Below are positions 8,968-19,460 of a stretch of DNA of 64,000 bases, piece after piece. The notes under the pieces were generated by a model. That model saw only the letters and a list, made by a program, of their open reading frames with translations. It was not told the origin of the DNA and made no database searches. Every line of letters starts with the position of its first letter. The stretch's first letter is position 1. Source of the stretch: an uncultured Actinomycetes bacterium. Its GTDB lineage: Bacteria > Actinomycetota > Actinomycetes > Streptosporangiales > Streptosporangiaceae. The stretch spans positions 849,586 to 913,585 of the forward strand of contig CAVYJW010000003.1 of NCBI GenBank assembly GCA_963768945.1, read 5' to 3'. Both the position numbers and the translations under genes were made by a program.

Positions 8968-9035
8968 GTTCCGCTGACGCGGCCCGAGCCGGGCCCGTGC
9001 CGCACGGCGTCGGCGCGGGCTGAGTGCGGCGGGGG

Positions 9036-10215
9036 TCAGGCGACAGCCTCATACGCCGCCGCCTGGAGCGCCTCGTGAACCGGCGGCGGCTGGGAAGTGT
9101 CGAACATGCGCTGGGTCAGCACGATGACAGTCAGGTCCCGCCTCGGATCGGCCAGCCAGGTGGTGCCGGACCCGCCGGCCCACCCGAACGCGCCGGCCCG
9201 CGGCCCGGCGGTGACTACCGAAGTGCAGAAGCCCCAGCTGACACCGGCGAAAAAATCCGGGCCGAGGCCCCCACACGCCTTCTGGGCCGGGGTTAGCTGG
9301 TCCTGGGTCATAGCGGCGACCAGGTCCGCCTGCAGGACCGGATCCCCGCCGCGCAGCAGCATCCGGGAGAAGGCGAGCAGGTCGTCGGCGGTCGAGACCA
9401 GGCCAGCCGCCCCGTCGCCGAACGCGGGAGGCCGGCTCCAGTCGCCGTCTGGCTTGTCCCAGACCTCCAGGCCGCCGCCGGGCGAGGACCGGAACGCGGA
9501 CGCGAGGCGGCCGGTGTGCGGGGTCCAGAACCCAGTGTCGTGCATGCCCAGCGGCTCGAAGATACGGGTCCGCAGCACGTCCGCGAACGGCTGGCCCGCG
9601 GCTCGGGCGAGCAGGACGCCGAGTACCGACGCACCGGTGTTGTAGAACCACCGTTCGCCGGGCTGGGCCAGCAGCGGCAGTGAGCCCAGGCCCGCGATCC
9701 AGGTATCGGGATCGGGCTGCCCGGCCTGGTCAGGGGGCCCGATCGTGGACAGGTGCAGCTCGTCTGACGCCGCCACGACCGGCCACGGCGGCTCCGCGCC
9801 GAACATCTCGACTGCGAAACCGAAGCCGAACGTGAACGTCAGCAGGTCGCGCACGGTGATCGGGCGCCTGGCCGTCACGGTGTCGTCCAGCGGCCCGTCC
9901 ATCCGGCGGAGTACCTGCGGGTCGGCCAGCTCCGGGAGCAGCCTGGCCACCGGCTCGTGCAGATCCAGCAGGCCCTCCTGGATCAGGGCCAGCGTGGCCG
10001 CGCCGGTCATCGGCTTGGTGATGGACGCGATGCGGAACAGCGAGGCACGCTGGACCGGCGGGCCGCCGGTCGAACAGTGAGCCGAGCGCCTCGGCGCGCA
10101 CCTGATCACCCCGGGCGGCCAGCGCCACGAGGCCGGGCACCGTCTCGTCCCCCACGTGCGCGGCCGCGATCGCGCCAAAGCGGGCCAGGCCGTCCGCGGT
10201 TAGCAGGTCAGGCAT
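9036..10215 (-). pseudogene. serine hydrolase (beta-lactamase/class C-related family), frame broken near 10080
   Basis: N-terminus MPDLLTADGLARFGAIAAAHVGDETVPGLVALAARGDQVRAEALGSL is in ORF 9730..10215. The remainder, STGGPPVQRASLFRIASITKP... (SxxK = SITK), is in ORF 9036..10178. Confidence 0.75.
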
Positions 10216-10311
10216 GATCGGTCAGCCCCCTCGGATCGCCGATGCGCTGCCCCTATTGACGCACGGGCGGCGGGAAATAACCGCCGCAGGGCGGCCCGCC
10301 CAGCGACCAGG

Positions 10312-13300
10312 CTAGCCGTGCAGCTGATCCAGGGCGCGCTCGATCCGCCGCTCCGACACCGGGCCGGAGGTGCCCAGCGTCTGCGCGAACAGGCTGACCC
10401 GCAGCTCCTCGATCATCCAGCGCACCGCACGGACGTCGGGATCGTCCCGCCGCGCGGGTGGGAGGTCGGCCAGCGTCTGCTGGTAGTCCTCGGTCACCCG
10501 CTGGACCACGGCCATCCGCTCGGCGTCGGCGCCCGGCGCCTCGGCCATCTTCTCCAGCCGCCGGCTCATGGCCCGCAGGTAGCGGATCAGGTCCGGCAGC
10601 CGCCGGGCCCCGGTCTCCGCGACGAACCCCGGATAGACCAGCCCGGAAAGCTGTTCGCGCAGGTCGGCGACCGCAGCCCGGACCGGGGGGCTGGGGGTCG
10701 CGGGCAGGGCCGCCTCGACCTGGTGCGCCTCGCCAAGGGCCCGGGCGACCTGCGCCACCACGTCCGCGGTGCTGGCAGCCAGCCCCGCGCGCGCCGCCTC
10801 CAGCAGCCGGGCGAAGCCCCCCTCGTCCCAGGCCGCGCCGCCCGCCTCGGTGATCACCTGGTCGGCCGCGGCGGCCGCGCAGTCCTCCAGCAGTGCATCG
10901 GTGCCGGGGTACGGGTGACGGCTCATGGCCAGCTTGGCGCTGACCGGCAGGCGGCTGGCCACGGCCCGGGCCCCGGAGGGCACCTGGAGCAGCAGCAGGC
11001 GCCTGGTTCCGCGCAGCATGGCCGCGTCGGCCTGGGCACGCGTCTCGAACAGCCGGACGTCAACCGCGTCGCCGGTGTCGGCCAGCGCCGGGTAGGCGCG
11101 GATCTCACCCTGGCTGAACACGCGGGGCAGGGTCCCGATGTCCCAGCTGCGCAGACCGGTCCGGGTGATCCGGGCGGCCGCCTCACTCAGCGTGGCCTGC
11201 AGACGGGGCCGCAGCTGGCGGCGCAGCTCGTCCAGGTCCTTGCCCTCCGCGAGTACCCGGCCGTCCTCCACCACGCGGAAGGTGATCCGCAGGTACGCGG
11301 GCAGCCGGGACTCATCCCACGCGGAGCGGGGGATGTGCACGCCGCCCAGCCTGGACAGCTCGGTGCCCAGCGCGTCGAGCAGGTCCCCGCGGGCCGGGTC
11401 CAGCGTCGGCAGCACAGCCCGGGCGGTGTCCGGGACCGGCACGAACGTGGTCCGCAGCTGCTTGGGCAGCGACCGGATCAGCTCGGTCACCACTTCCTGC
11501 CGCAGCCCGGGCACCTGCCAGCGGAACTCGTCGGTGCTCACCTGGTTGAGCCGGGCCAGCGGGACGTCCACGGTCACCCCGTCGTCCGGCTCACCCGGCG
11601 CGAACTCATACGACACCGGGAGGTCGGCCCAGCGGGCGGGATAGTCGTCGGCGCTGATGTCCTCGGCCGCGGGCCGGATCAGGTCGGCGGGGGAGAGGTC
11701 CAGCAGGCCGGGGTCGTCGGCGCGGGCTTTCTTCCACCAGGTGTCGAAGTGCCGGGCAGAGGTCACCCCGGCGGGGATCCGCCGGTCATAGAACTCGAAC
11801 ACGACCGAGTCGTCCGCGACGATCCCGCGCCGCCTGGCCTTCCGTTCCAGGTCCTCGGCGTCGGCGAGGACCTGCTGGTTGTGGGCGTAGAACTTGTGGT
11901 GGGTCCGCCAGTCGCCCTCGACCAGGGCATGCGTGATGAACAGGTCCCGGGCCGGCGCCGGGTCGATCCTGCCGTACATGACCGTCCGGGCGGCCACGAT
12001 AGGCAGCCCGTACAGGCTGACCTTCTCGGTGGCCACCGCGGCCCCGCGCCGTGCGTCCCAGCGCGGCTCGCTGTAGCTGCGCCGGACCAGGTGCGCCGCC
12101 AGAGACTCGGCCCATTCGGGTTCGATGCGGGCCGTGACCCGGGCCCACAGCCGGGACGTCTCCACCAGCTCGGCCGCGACCACCCACTGCGGCGGCTTCC
12201 TGGCCAGCGCCGAGTCGGGGAAGATGGCGAACCGGGCGCCACGGGCCCCGGCGAACTCGGTCAGTGGCCGCCGCTTGCCGCGCGGCCGGCTGTCCGTGTC
12301 CTGCATGCCGATGTGCGACAGCAGCCCGGCCAGCAGCGACATGTGCACCCGGTCGGCCAGGCCGGCCGGGAACCGGCTGCCCGGTTCGGCGTCCCCGGCC
12401 GGAGCCTGGGCTACGGCGGCCGGGATGGTCCGCCCGGCCCGCGGCCGGATCTGCCCGGCCCGCCGCCGGCCCTGGCCGTTCTGCTGCACGGGTGGCTGCC
12501 CGGCTGGCTGCACGGCAGGCTGCACGGGCGCCACCCCGGCCGGGTGGCTGGCGCCGCGGCGCTCACGGCCCGCCTGGATGCCGAGATCCGCGGCGGCCTG
12601 CCGGAGCTGGCCGTACACGTCCTGCCATTCGCGCACCCGCAGGTAGTGCAGGTATTCACGGCGGCACAGCCGCCGGAACGCGGACGCGGACAGCTGGCTC
12701 TGCTGCTCGCGCAGGTAGTCCCAGAGGTTGAGCAGGGTCAGGAAGTCCGACCCGGGCTCGGCGAACCTCGCGTGCATCTCGTCCGCCGCCTGCCGCGCGT
12801 CGGCAGGCCGCTCCCGCGGGTCGATGATGGACAGCGCCGCGGTGATGATTAGTACCTCGCGGACACAGCCGTTCCGGCCGGCCTCCAGGATCATCCGCCC
12901 GAGCCGCGGGTCCACCGGCAGCCGGGACAGCTTCCGGCCGACCTCGGTCAGCCGGGTCCGGCCCCCGGTGGGCTCGTGGCCCGGCGAGAAGGCGCCGAGT
13001 TCCTCCAGCAGGCGCACGCCGTCCGCGATGTTCCTCGACTCGGGCGGCTCGACGAACGGGAAATCGGCCATGTCGCCCAGGTCCAGCGCGGCCATCTGCA
13101 GGATGACCGAGGCCAGGTTGGTGCGCAGGATCTCCGGGTCGGTGAACTCGGGGCGGCTCTCGAAGTCCTCCTCGCTGTAGAGCCGGATGCACACGCCGTC
13201 CGACGTCCGCCCGCAACGGCCTTTCCGCTGGTTCGCCGAGGCCTGCGAAACCGGCTCGATGGGCAGCCGCTGGACCTTGGTCCGCTGGCTGTACCGGGAG

Positions 13301-14363
13301 ATCCGCGCGGTGCCCGGGTCGATCACGTACTTGATGCCCGGAACGGTCAGCGAGGTCTCCGCGACGTTGGTGGCCAGCACCACCCGCCGGGCCGGGCCGT
13401 GCGACGAGAAGACACGGTGCTGCTCCGCGGAAGAGAGCCGCGCGTACAGCGGAAGCACTTCCAGGCCCTCCCGGCCGTCCAGAGCGTCGGCGGTGTCCCG
13501 GATCTCCCGTTCGCCGCTGAGGAAGACGAGGATGTCGCCGGGGCCGTCGGCGCTCAGCTCCGTGACCGCGTCCAGGATGCCCTGGAGCTGGTCGCGCGGT
13601 TCCTCGTCCGGGTTGTCCGGGTTGGCCAGCGGCCGGTAGCGCACCTCGACCGGGTAAGTGCGCCCGGACACCTCGATGACCGGCGCTCCGGCGCTAGGCC
13701 CGCCCGATTCGCCTCCGGCACTGTGCTTGCCTGATTCGCCTCCGGCGCTACCTGCTTGCCTGATTCGCCTCCGGCAAAATGATCACTGAAGCGCTGCGGG
13801 TCGATCGTGGCCGAGGTGATGATGACCTTGAGGTCCGGGCGGCGCGGCAGCAGCCGCTTGAGGTAGCCCAGGATGAAGTCGACGTTCAGGCTGCGCTCGT
13901 GGGCCTCGTCGATGATGAGCGTGTCGTAGCGGAGCAGCTGCCGGTCGCGGCGCATCTCGTTGAGCAGGATGCCGTCGGTCATCACCTTGACCGGCGTGCT
14001 GTCGCTGGAGGTGTCGGTGAAGCGCACCTTGTAGCCGACGGTGGTGCCCAGCTCCGTGCCGAGCTCGCTGGCGATCCGCTCGGCGACGGTGCGGGCCGCG
14101 ATCCGGCGCGGCTGGGTGTGCCCGATCTGCCCGGCCACACCGCGACCGAGCTCGAGGCAGATCTTGGGCAGCTGGGTGGTCTTCCCTGAGCCGGTCTCCC
14201 CGGCGATGATCACGACCTGGTGGTCCCGGATGGCCGCCGCGATCTCATCCTTCCGCTGGCTGACCGGGAGCTCCGCCGGGTAGCGCAGCTCGGGCACGCT
14301 GGCGCGCCGGGCCTGGGCCCGGGTCTGCTCGGCGAGCGAGGGTGTCACGGCGGAATTCTCCAT
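10312..14363 (-). pseudogene. hrpA: ATP-dependent RNA helicase HrpA (DEAH-box), split by a frameshift inside an internal tandem repeat
   Basis: The N-terminal ORF has [19 protein letters not shown] and TSATID. The C-terminal ORF starts (AP)[17 protein letters not shown] and continues for more than 1100 aa of HrpA-like sequence. The junction is at 13706-13790. Confidence 0.85.
13706..13790. repeat. 27/29-bp tandem repeat (about 2.5-3 copies; GATTCGCCTCCGGC...) inside hrpA, encoding (S)AGGESGK(Q/H)
   Basis: The core GATTCGCCTCCGGC occurs at 13706, 13733 and 13762, giving periods of 27 and 29 nt. Confidence 0.9.
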
Positions 14364-14469
14364 GGCGGAACGGGGAAGCGGATGGGGAGGGCGGGACGGC
14401 CGTACGACAGGGTGCCAGTCCAGGCCCTGCTTACCTAACGCTTTTGCGCCGCGACAACTTCCATGGGGC

Positions 14470-16335
14470 TCAGCCGACCTGGTGCACGTTGAATGAGGTG
14501 ATGACGCCGTAGTGGACCAGGTAGCTGCCCGCGAACTTCCTGACCGTGCCGTCGGTCTGGAACGCGGCGATGCTGGCCGTCACCTGATCGCCGGTCCACG
14601 TCAGGATGATCACCGCATCCCGCCGGGTGCCCTGGAAACCCCTCAGGAACTGCTGGTGGGTGACCCCGGTGTGATCACCGCCCAGTTCCCAGGCCCGCTG
14701 GTAGGCGTGGCGGCTGATAGCCGCGTAGTAACTCTTCACCACGGTGGGCGGGGTGGCAGCCGCCGACAGGCCGGCCGGGGTGGACGCGGGGGCGCTGGAC
14801 GCGCCGGTTCCGGGCGTTCCGCTGTGCAGCAGGGAACTGTGTTTCACCAGTGCCAGCACGGCGGCGACCACGGCCAGCACGGCCACAGCGGTGGCGACCA
14901 CGGCCAGCCCGCCGCGGTGCTTGCGGGGCGGATGCGGCCGGGTGGGCGCGGCTGGTCCGGGTGACCGCGGCGGCCCGCCTGCCGGCCAGGGGCCGGACGT
15001 GCTCACCTTGGCCGCCGGGGCCGGGCCAGCGCTCGCGGCCCAGTCCGGGGCGGCGCTGGCTGGCAGTAGGCCGGCCGGGCTGACGTCGGCGGCCGGGTCC
15101 GGGCGGACGCTGACCGGCGGGGCCGGGCGGGACACGTTGGCGCCCGCCGGCAGGACCGGGACCGAGTAGGGCGGATCGGCGCTGGTGGGCGCGGCTGGCC
15201 GCGGCGCGGGGAAGCCGACCGGCGGGCTGACCGGGGTCGCCGGGGGCCTTCCCTGGCCTGCCGCCGGCGGCCCGGCCCGGTCGAGTCCGGAGGCCGCCAG
15301 GTCCACTGCCGGCCAGGCCGTGCCCGATGGGGGAACGCCGGCGAGCGCCTGCTGCACAGCCGACCGGGCGGGCAGGTCGGCGGTGCTGACCCCGCAGGCC
15401 TCCTGCAGTGCCGCCGCGAACGCCCGGCAGTTCGGATAGCGATCCTCGGGGGCCTTGGCCAGGGCCCGGAACATGACCTGGTCCACCGCGGCGGGCAGGT
15501 CGGGTCGCAGGCTGGTCAGCCGGGGCGGGGGCGCGGACAGCTGGGCCCACAAGACCGCCAGGCTCTGATCCCGCCGGAACGGCGGCGCGCCCGACAGCAT
15601 CTCGAAGGCCGCGCACGCCAGCGAGTAGGCGTCCGCGCGGCCGTCCACGGTGCGCCCCTCGATCTGCTCGGGGGCCAGGTAGTTCAGGGTGCCGAGGACC
15701 TGCCCCGTCAGCGTGAGGTTGCTAGTCGCCTGCGAGGTCTTGCTGATACCGAAATCCGACAGGTAGACGTGATCCTCGGAGCCGTCCTCGGCCAGCCCGC
15801 CGAGCAGCATGTTGGCCGGTTTGACGTCCCGGTGCACCAGCCCGCACGCGTGCGCCGCGTCCAGCGCGGAGGCCACCTGGGTCACGATGCCGGCGGCGCG
15901 GGCCGCCGGCAGCGGGCCAGCCCGGTTCAGCAGGCTGTGCACGTCCTGGCCGCCGACGTAGCGCATGGCGATGAACAGCACGCCGCCGGCTTCCCCGGCG
16001 TCGAAGATCGGGATGATGTTCGGGTGATCCACCGCGGCCGCGGCCCGGGATTCCCGGATGAAACGACGCCGGAAGCCGTCGTCCCGGGCCAGGTCCTCGG
16101 TCAGGACCTTCAGCGCCACCCAGCGGCCCAGCCGGACGTCGCGGGCACGGTACACCACGGCCATACCACCGCGGCCGATCTCCTCGGCCATCTGGTAGCT
16201 GGCGATCTGCCCTGGACTACCGGGCACAGGGGAGCCGGAATCAGTTAATCCCGCGGGGAAGTCCTCAGCCACCCGTTGCCTCCAGCGTTCGACCCCTGGC
16301 GCGCCCCAGGCCCCGTAATCGGTCACGCCGCCCAT
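14470..16335 (-). CDS. Ser/Thr protein kinase with Pro-rich linker, one TM segment and an unassigned extracytoplasmic C-terminal domain
   Basis: GRGGMAVVY...ALK (ATP site), [11 protein letters not shown] and APE motifs. TM segment [22 protein letters not shown] see no PASTA repeats. Confidence 0.9.
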   Translation of the reverse strand: MGGVTDYGAWGAPGVERWRQRVAEDFPAGLTDSGSPVPGSPGQIASYQMAEEIGRGGMAVVYRARDVRLGRWVALKVLTEDLARDDGFRRRFIRESRAAAAVDHPNIIPIFDAGEAGGVLFIAMRYVGGQDVHSLLNRAGPLPAARAAGIVTQVASALDAAHACGLVHRDVKPANMLLGGLAEDGSEDHVYLSDFGISKTSQATSNLTLTGQVLGTLNYLAPEQIEGRTVDGRADAYSLACAAFEMLSGAPPFRRDQSLAVLWAQLSAPPPRLTSLRPDLPAAVDQVMFRALAKAPEDRYPNCRAFAAALQEACGVSTADLPARSAVQQALAGVPPSGTAWPAVDLAASGLDRAGPPAAGQGRPPATPVSPPVGFPAPRPAAPTSADPPYSVPVLPAGANVSRPAPPVSVRPDPAADVSPAGLLPASAAPDWAASAGPAPAAKVSTSGPWPAGGPPRSPGPAAPTRPHPPRKHRGGLAVVATAVAVLAVVAAVLALVKHSSLLHSGTPGTGASSAPASTPAGLSAAATPPTVVKSYYAAISRHAYQRAWELGGDHTGVTHQQFLRGFQGTRRDAVIILTWTGDQVTASIAAFQTDGTVRKFAGSYLVHYGVITSFNVHQVG

Positions 16336-16364
16336 AACCGGCGGCGCTTACGCTAGCAGCCACC

Positions 16365-17050
16365 CTAAGCCAGGCGCCGCTCGGTAGCCCAGCGCGTGAG
16401 CTGATGCCGGGTGGAGAGCTGGAGTTTGTGCAGCACCGAGGACACATGACTCTCCACGGTCTTCACGGAGATGTACAGATCGCGGGCGATCTCCTTGTAG
16501 GTGTAGCCCCGCGCGATCAGGCGCAGCACCTCCCGCTCCCGGGGAGTCAGCTGATCCAGTTCCGGGTCAAGCGACGGGACGCCCGGGCCGTCGGCGGGCA
16601 GGGCCGCGAACGCGTCCAGCACGAACCCGGCCAGGCGGGGGAGAACACGGTGTCCCCGCCCGCGACGCGGCGGACCGCGTCCACCAGATCCGGGCCGGAG
16701 ATCGTTTTCGTCACGTAGCCCCGCGCGCCGGCCCGGATGACCGCGATCACGTCTTCCGGCGCGTCCGACGCGGACAGGGCCAGGAAACGAACCTGGGGCT
16801 GGACCGCCCGCAACGCGGTGAGCACGGCCTGACCGCCCCCGCCTGGCAGGTGCACGTCGAGCAGTACCACGTCGGGCAGGCACGAGGAGATCAGCGCGAT
16901 CGCAGGCTCCACGTCGTCCGCCTCACCCACCACTTCCACCTCGTCGCCCAGCTCGGAGCGGACGCCGGAGCGGAACAGCCCGTGATCATCGACGATGACC
17001 ACGCGCGGGCGCCGGGCCTGGCCCGGCCCGGGGGCGGGCGGGGTGGTCAC
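16365..17050 (-). pseudogene. NarL/LuxR-family response regulator, frame broken in a G5 homopolymer (16637-16641)
   Basis: The receiver domain (VVIVDDHGLFRSG...DVVLLDVHLPGG) is in one frame and the HTH (LTPREREVLRLIARGYTYKEIARDLYISVKTVESHV) in another. Adding one C/G to the run restores ...TVFSPRLAGFVLDAFAAL.... GTG 17050 overlaps the kinase stop (GTGA). Confidence 0.8.
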
Positions 17051-18504
17051 GGTCGCCCCGGCAGGTGTTCCGCGGCGCGGCGGGGCATGGTCAGCGACAC
17101 CTCGGTGCCGGCGCCGGGCGCGGTGCGCACGGCCGCGGTACCGCCCCGGCGGGCCATCCGGGCGTGGATCGACTGGGCCACGCCCTTCCGGTCCGCGGGG
17201 ACGGCCGCCGGGTCGAAGCCCCGGCCGCGGTCCCGGACGAACAGCGTCACCTCGGCCGGCTCCACCTCGGCGAAGATGGAGACCACCGGGGCGCCGGACC
17301 ACTTCACCGCGTTGACCGTCGCCTCGCGGGCCGCGGCCAGCAGCGCGCGCAGGTCGTCATCCAGTTCGCAATCGCCGACGGTAACGGCTTCAACCGGGAC
17401 CTCGTGCTGGGCCTCGACCTCCTGCTGGATGAGCCGGACCCCGCCCGCGAGCGTCATGCCCTGGCCGTCCAGCGAGCCGGGGGCCGGGCCGTCGAACAGC
17501 CAGGCGCGCAGCTCGCGTTCCTGTGCCCGGGCCAGCTGGATCACCTGCTGCGGGTGCTCCGCGCGGCGCTGGATCAGGGCTAGCGTCTGCAGTACCGAGT
17601 CGTGGACCCGGGCTGCCATGTCGGCGCGTTCCTCGGCCCGGATCCGGGCCTGCCGCTCGACCACGAGGTCACGGGCGATACGCACCCACCAGGGACCCAG
17701 CAGGATGGCGATGGCCGCCACCAGCAGGATCACCCCCGCGATCTCGCGCAGGGCGCCCTGGTCCGTATGCCCGGTCAGCAGCCAGTCAAGGCCGAGGCCG
17801 AGGGCCACGGCGGCGACCGCCACCCGCGCCACCATCCGGCGCCGGCTGGTGTGGCCGTCGGCCAGGCCCAGCAGCGGATCCGCCAGGCGCCGCAGCACCG
17901 CCTGCTCGTCCGGCGGTGCGTTCCGCCAGATCAGGGTGAGGCCCGCGACGCTGATGACCAGCGGCCAGGCCAGGGAGCCAACCCAGGCCGCCTGCAGCGC
18001 GGACACGACGACCAGCAGCACGATCAGGAGGGAAGCGAGCCCGGCCACGAGGGCCATGCCGCGCCGGTCGGTGACCGCCTTGGCGGCAATGTTGCTGTCC
18101 GCCCCCTCCGCGGGGATCAGCAGCCAGGCCACGACATACACCCCCGCGCCGATGAGGCTGAACACGGTGGCGACCACGAACCCGGTCCGCACCACGGTCA
18201 CGTCCAGGCCCGTGCGCGCGGCCAGCCCGGCCGCGACCCCGCCTGCCAGGCGGTCCTCGCGGCTGCGCCGCAGCGGCCCGCTGCCCGGCGGGTGGTGTAT
18301 CCAGGAATGCCCGCCGGACCGGCGGAACCCGCGTCCCCGGCGGCCCGGGCTCTGGGGGTCGGTGCCCCGGGGGTCGGTGCCCCGGGGGTCGGTGCCCCGC
18401 GGATCAGTGCTCAGGGGATCGCTCCCTGCTGGACCCATGCCCCGCGGGCCCGCGGCCCCAGGATCAGTGCGCGCGGTCGGCCCCGGATCAGTGCTCGCCG
18501 CCAT
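17047..18504 (-). CDS. sensor histidine kinase with N-terminal PspC domain (LiaS/NarX-type HisKA_3 core)
   Basis: PspC motif LAGGVAAGLAARTGLDVTVVRTGFVVATV...AWLLIP, several TM segments, H-box AARVHDSVLQTL, and a C-terminal ATPase domain. Confidence 0.85.
   Translation of the reverse strand: MAASTDPGPTARTDPGAAGPRGMGPAGSDPLSTDPRGTDPRGTDPRGTDPQSPGRRGRGFRRSGGHSWIHHPPGSGPLRRSREDRLAGGVAAGLAARTGLDVTVVRTGFVVATVFSLIGAGVYVVAWLLIPAEGADSNIAAKAVTDRRGMALVAGLASLLIVLLVVVSALQAAWVGSLAWPLVISVAGLTLIWRNAPPDEQAVLRRLADPLLGLADGHTSRRRMVARVAVAAVALGLGLDWLLTGHTDQGALREIAGVILLVAAIAILLGPWWVRIARDLVVERQARIRAEERADMAARVHDSVLQTLALIQRRAEHPQQVIQLARAQERELRAWLFDGPAPGSLDGQGMTLAGGVRLIQQEVEAQHEVPVEAVTVGDCELDDDLRALLAAAREATVNAVKWSGAPVVSIFAEVEPAEVTLFVRDRGRGFDPAAVPADRKGVAQSIHARMARRGGTAAVRTAPGAGTEVSLTMPRRAAEHLPGRP
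18354..18398. repeat. 15-bp perfect tandem repeat x3 (GGGGGTCGGTGCCCC), with degenerate copies to about 18430, encoding (TDPRG)n in the kinase N-terminus
   Basis: Read directly from the sequence. Units at 18354, 18369 and 18384. Confidence 0.9.
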
Positions 18505-18635
18505 CCCCCCATCATCGTCCTCTCCGCCCCCGGTCGGCTATCAGGGATAACCCTGATCCTGGCCGGCCGGGATTCAGGGACAGGTCGGGGCTGTTCCCAA
18601 TGGTGCCGTGCGGCGCCCGGCCGCAGGCTGGAGCC

Positions 18636-18929
18636 ATGAACACAACGACCAGCCCCACCGCAGGCGACGAGGCCTCACACACACCCTACGAACCCGCGCC
18701 GCCCCGGACACTCAGCCGTCCGGTCCACGGCCGGATGCTCGGCGGGGTCGCCGCCGGCATCGCCCGTTACCTCGACGTGGACGTGACCGTCGTCCGCATC
18801 CTGTTCGCCGTGCTCACCGTGATCGGCGGGGCCGCCGTGCTCGTCTACCTGGCGGCCTGGCTGCTCATCCCGGAAGACGGCGCCGACCAGTCCATCGCGG
18901 CAGGCCTGTTTCAGCCCCGGGCCGGCTGA
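18636..18929 (+). CDS. PspC domain-containing membrane protein
   Basis: MLGGVAAGIARYLDVDVTVVRILFAVLTVIGGAAVLVYLAAWLLIPEDG. GGAG lies 3 nt before ATG 18636. Divergent from the PspC-domain kinase. Confidence 0.75.
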   Translation: MNTTTSPTAGDEASHTPYEPAPPRTLSRPVHGRMLGGVAAGIARYLDVDVTVVRILFAVLTVIGGAAVLVYLAAWLLIPEDGADQSIAAGLFQPRAG

Positions 18930-19002
18930 GCTGAGAGGCCCTATCCACATGCCACTGAAAACACGGGGATACGGCACGCGCCAGCGCGCCGCCGATGCCA
19001 CC

Positions 19003-19431
19003 ATGCGAGTCTCTGACGCCGAACGAGCCGAGGTCGCCGACCAACTGGCCCAGCACTACGGGGACGGGCGCCTCGACCAGGCCGAGCTCGACGAGCGCCT
19101 CGGCCGGGCGATGAGCGCTAAGACCCACGCCGACCTGGCTGGGCTCACCGCCGATCTGCCCCACCTGGACGCCCGGCCGGGGAGTGCCCGGCAGCCCAGC
19201 GCAAGCGCCGGCAACGCCCGCGCGCTCGCGCCGCACTCCCGGACCGGGCGGCCACGGCCCGGGCTCCTGCCGATCGGGCTGCTCATCCTGGTCGCCGCCG
19301 TCCTGGTGCACGGCTCCTGGGCGCCGTTCTGGCACTGGCCATGGCTGTGGTTCGGGCCGACGTGGTGGCTCTGGGTCGCGCTGCTGGTCTTCTGCTGGGT
19401 GCGCTTTGGTCCCCGGCGCCACCGCCGGTAG
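19003..19431 (+). CDS. DUF1707 domain membrane protein
   Basis: The N-terminus MRVSDAERAEVADQLAQHYGDGRLDQAELDERL is the DUF1707 signature as I recall it. The C-terminus is hydrophobic. Alternative start at 18949. Confidence 0.65.
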   Translation: MRVSDAERAEVADQLAQHYGDGRLDQAELDERLGRAMSAKTHADLAGLTADLPHLDARPGSARQPSASAGNARALAPHSRTGRPRPGLLPIGLLILVAAVLVHGSWAPFWHWPWLWFGPTWWLWVALLVFCWVRFGPRRHRR

Positions 19432-19460
19432 GCGGACCGCTGGCTGGTCCGCTGGCACTC

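Noticed and set aside
8512-9078. ORFs of 94-188 aa spanning the repeat-rich intergenic region at 8.5-9.0 kb.
   Set aside because: The translations are dominated by the GC-rich repeats (PARGPAGEARP...). They cross hairpins and terminator-like structures and have no RBS.
10318-12852. Very long ORFs antisense to or overlapping recognisable genes. Examples: 10318..12852(+), 51645..54884(-), 58359..60107(+), 58306..60114(-), 61175..63208(+), 6999..9005(-), 25300..26727(-), 26145..27941(+), 1192..2244(-), 22238..23353(-).
   Set aside because: They are Arg/Pro/Gly/Ala-rich with no recognisable motifs. Each fully overlaps an ORF in another frame or strand that carries clear family signatures. They are the shadow ORFs expected in DNA above 70% GC, where stop codons are rare.
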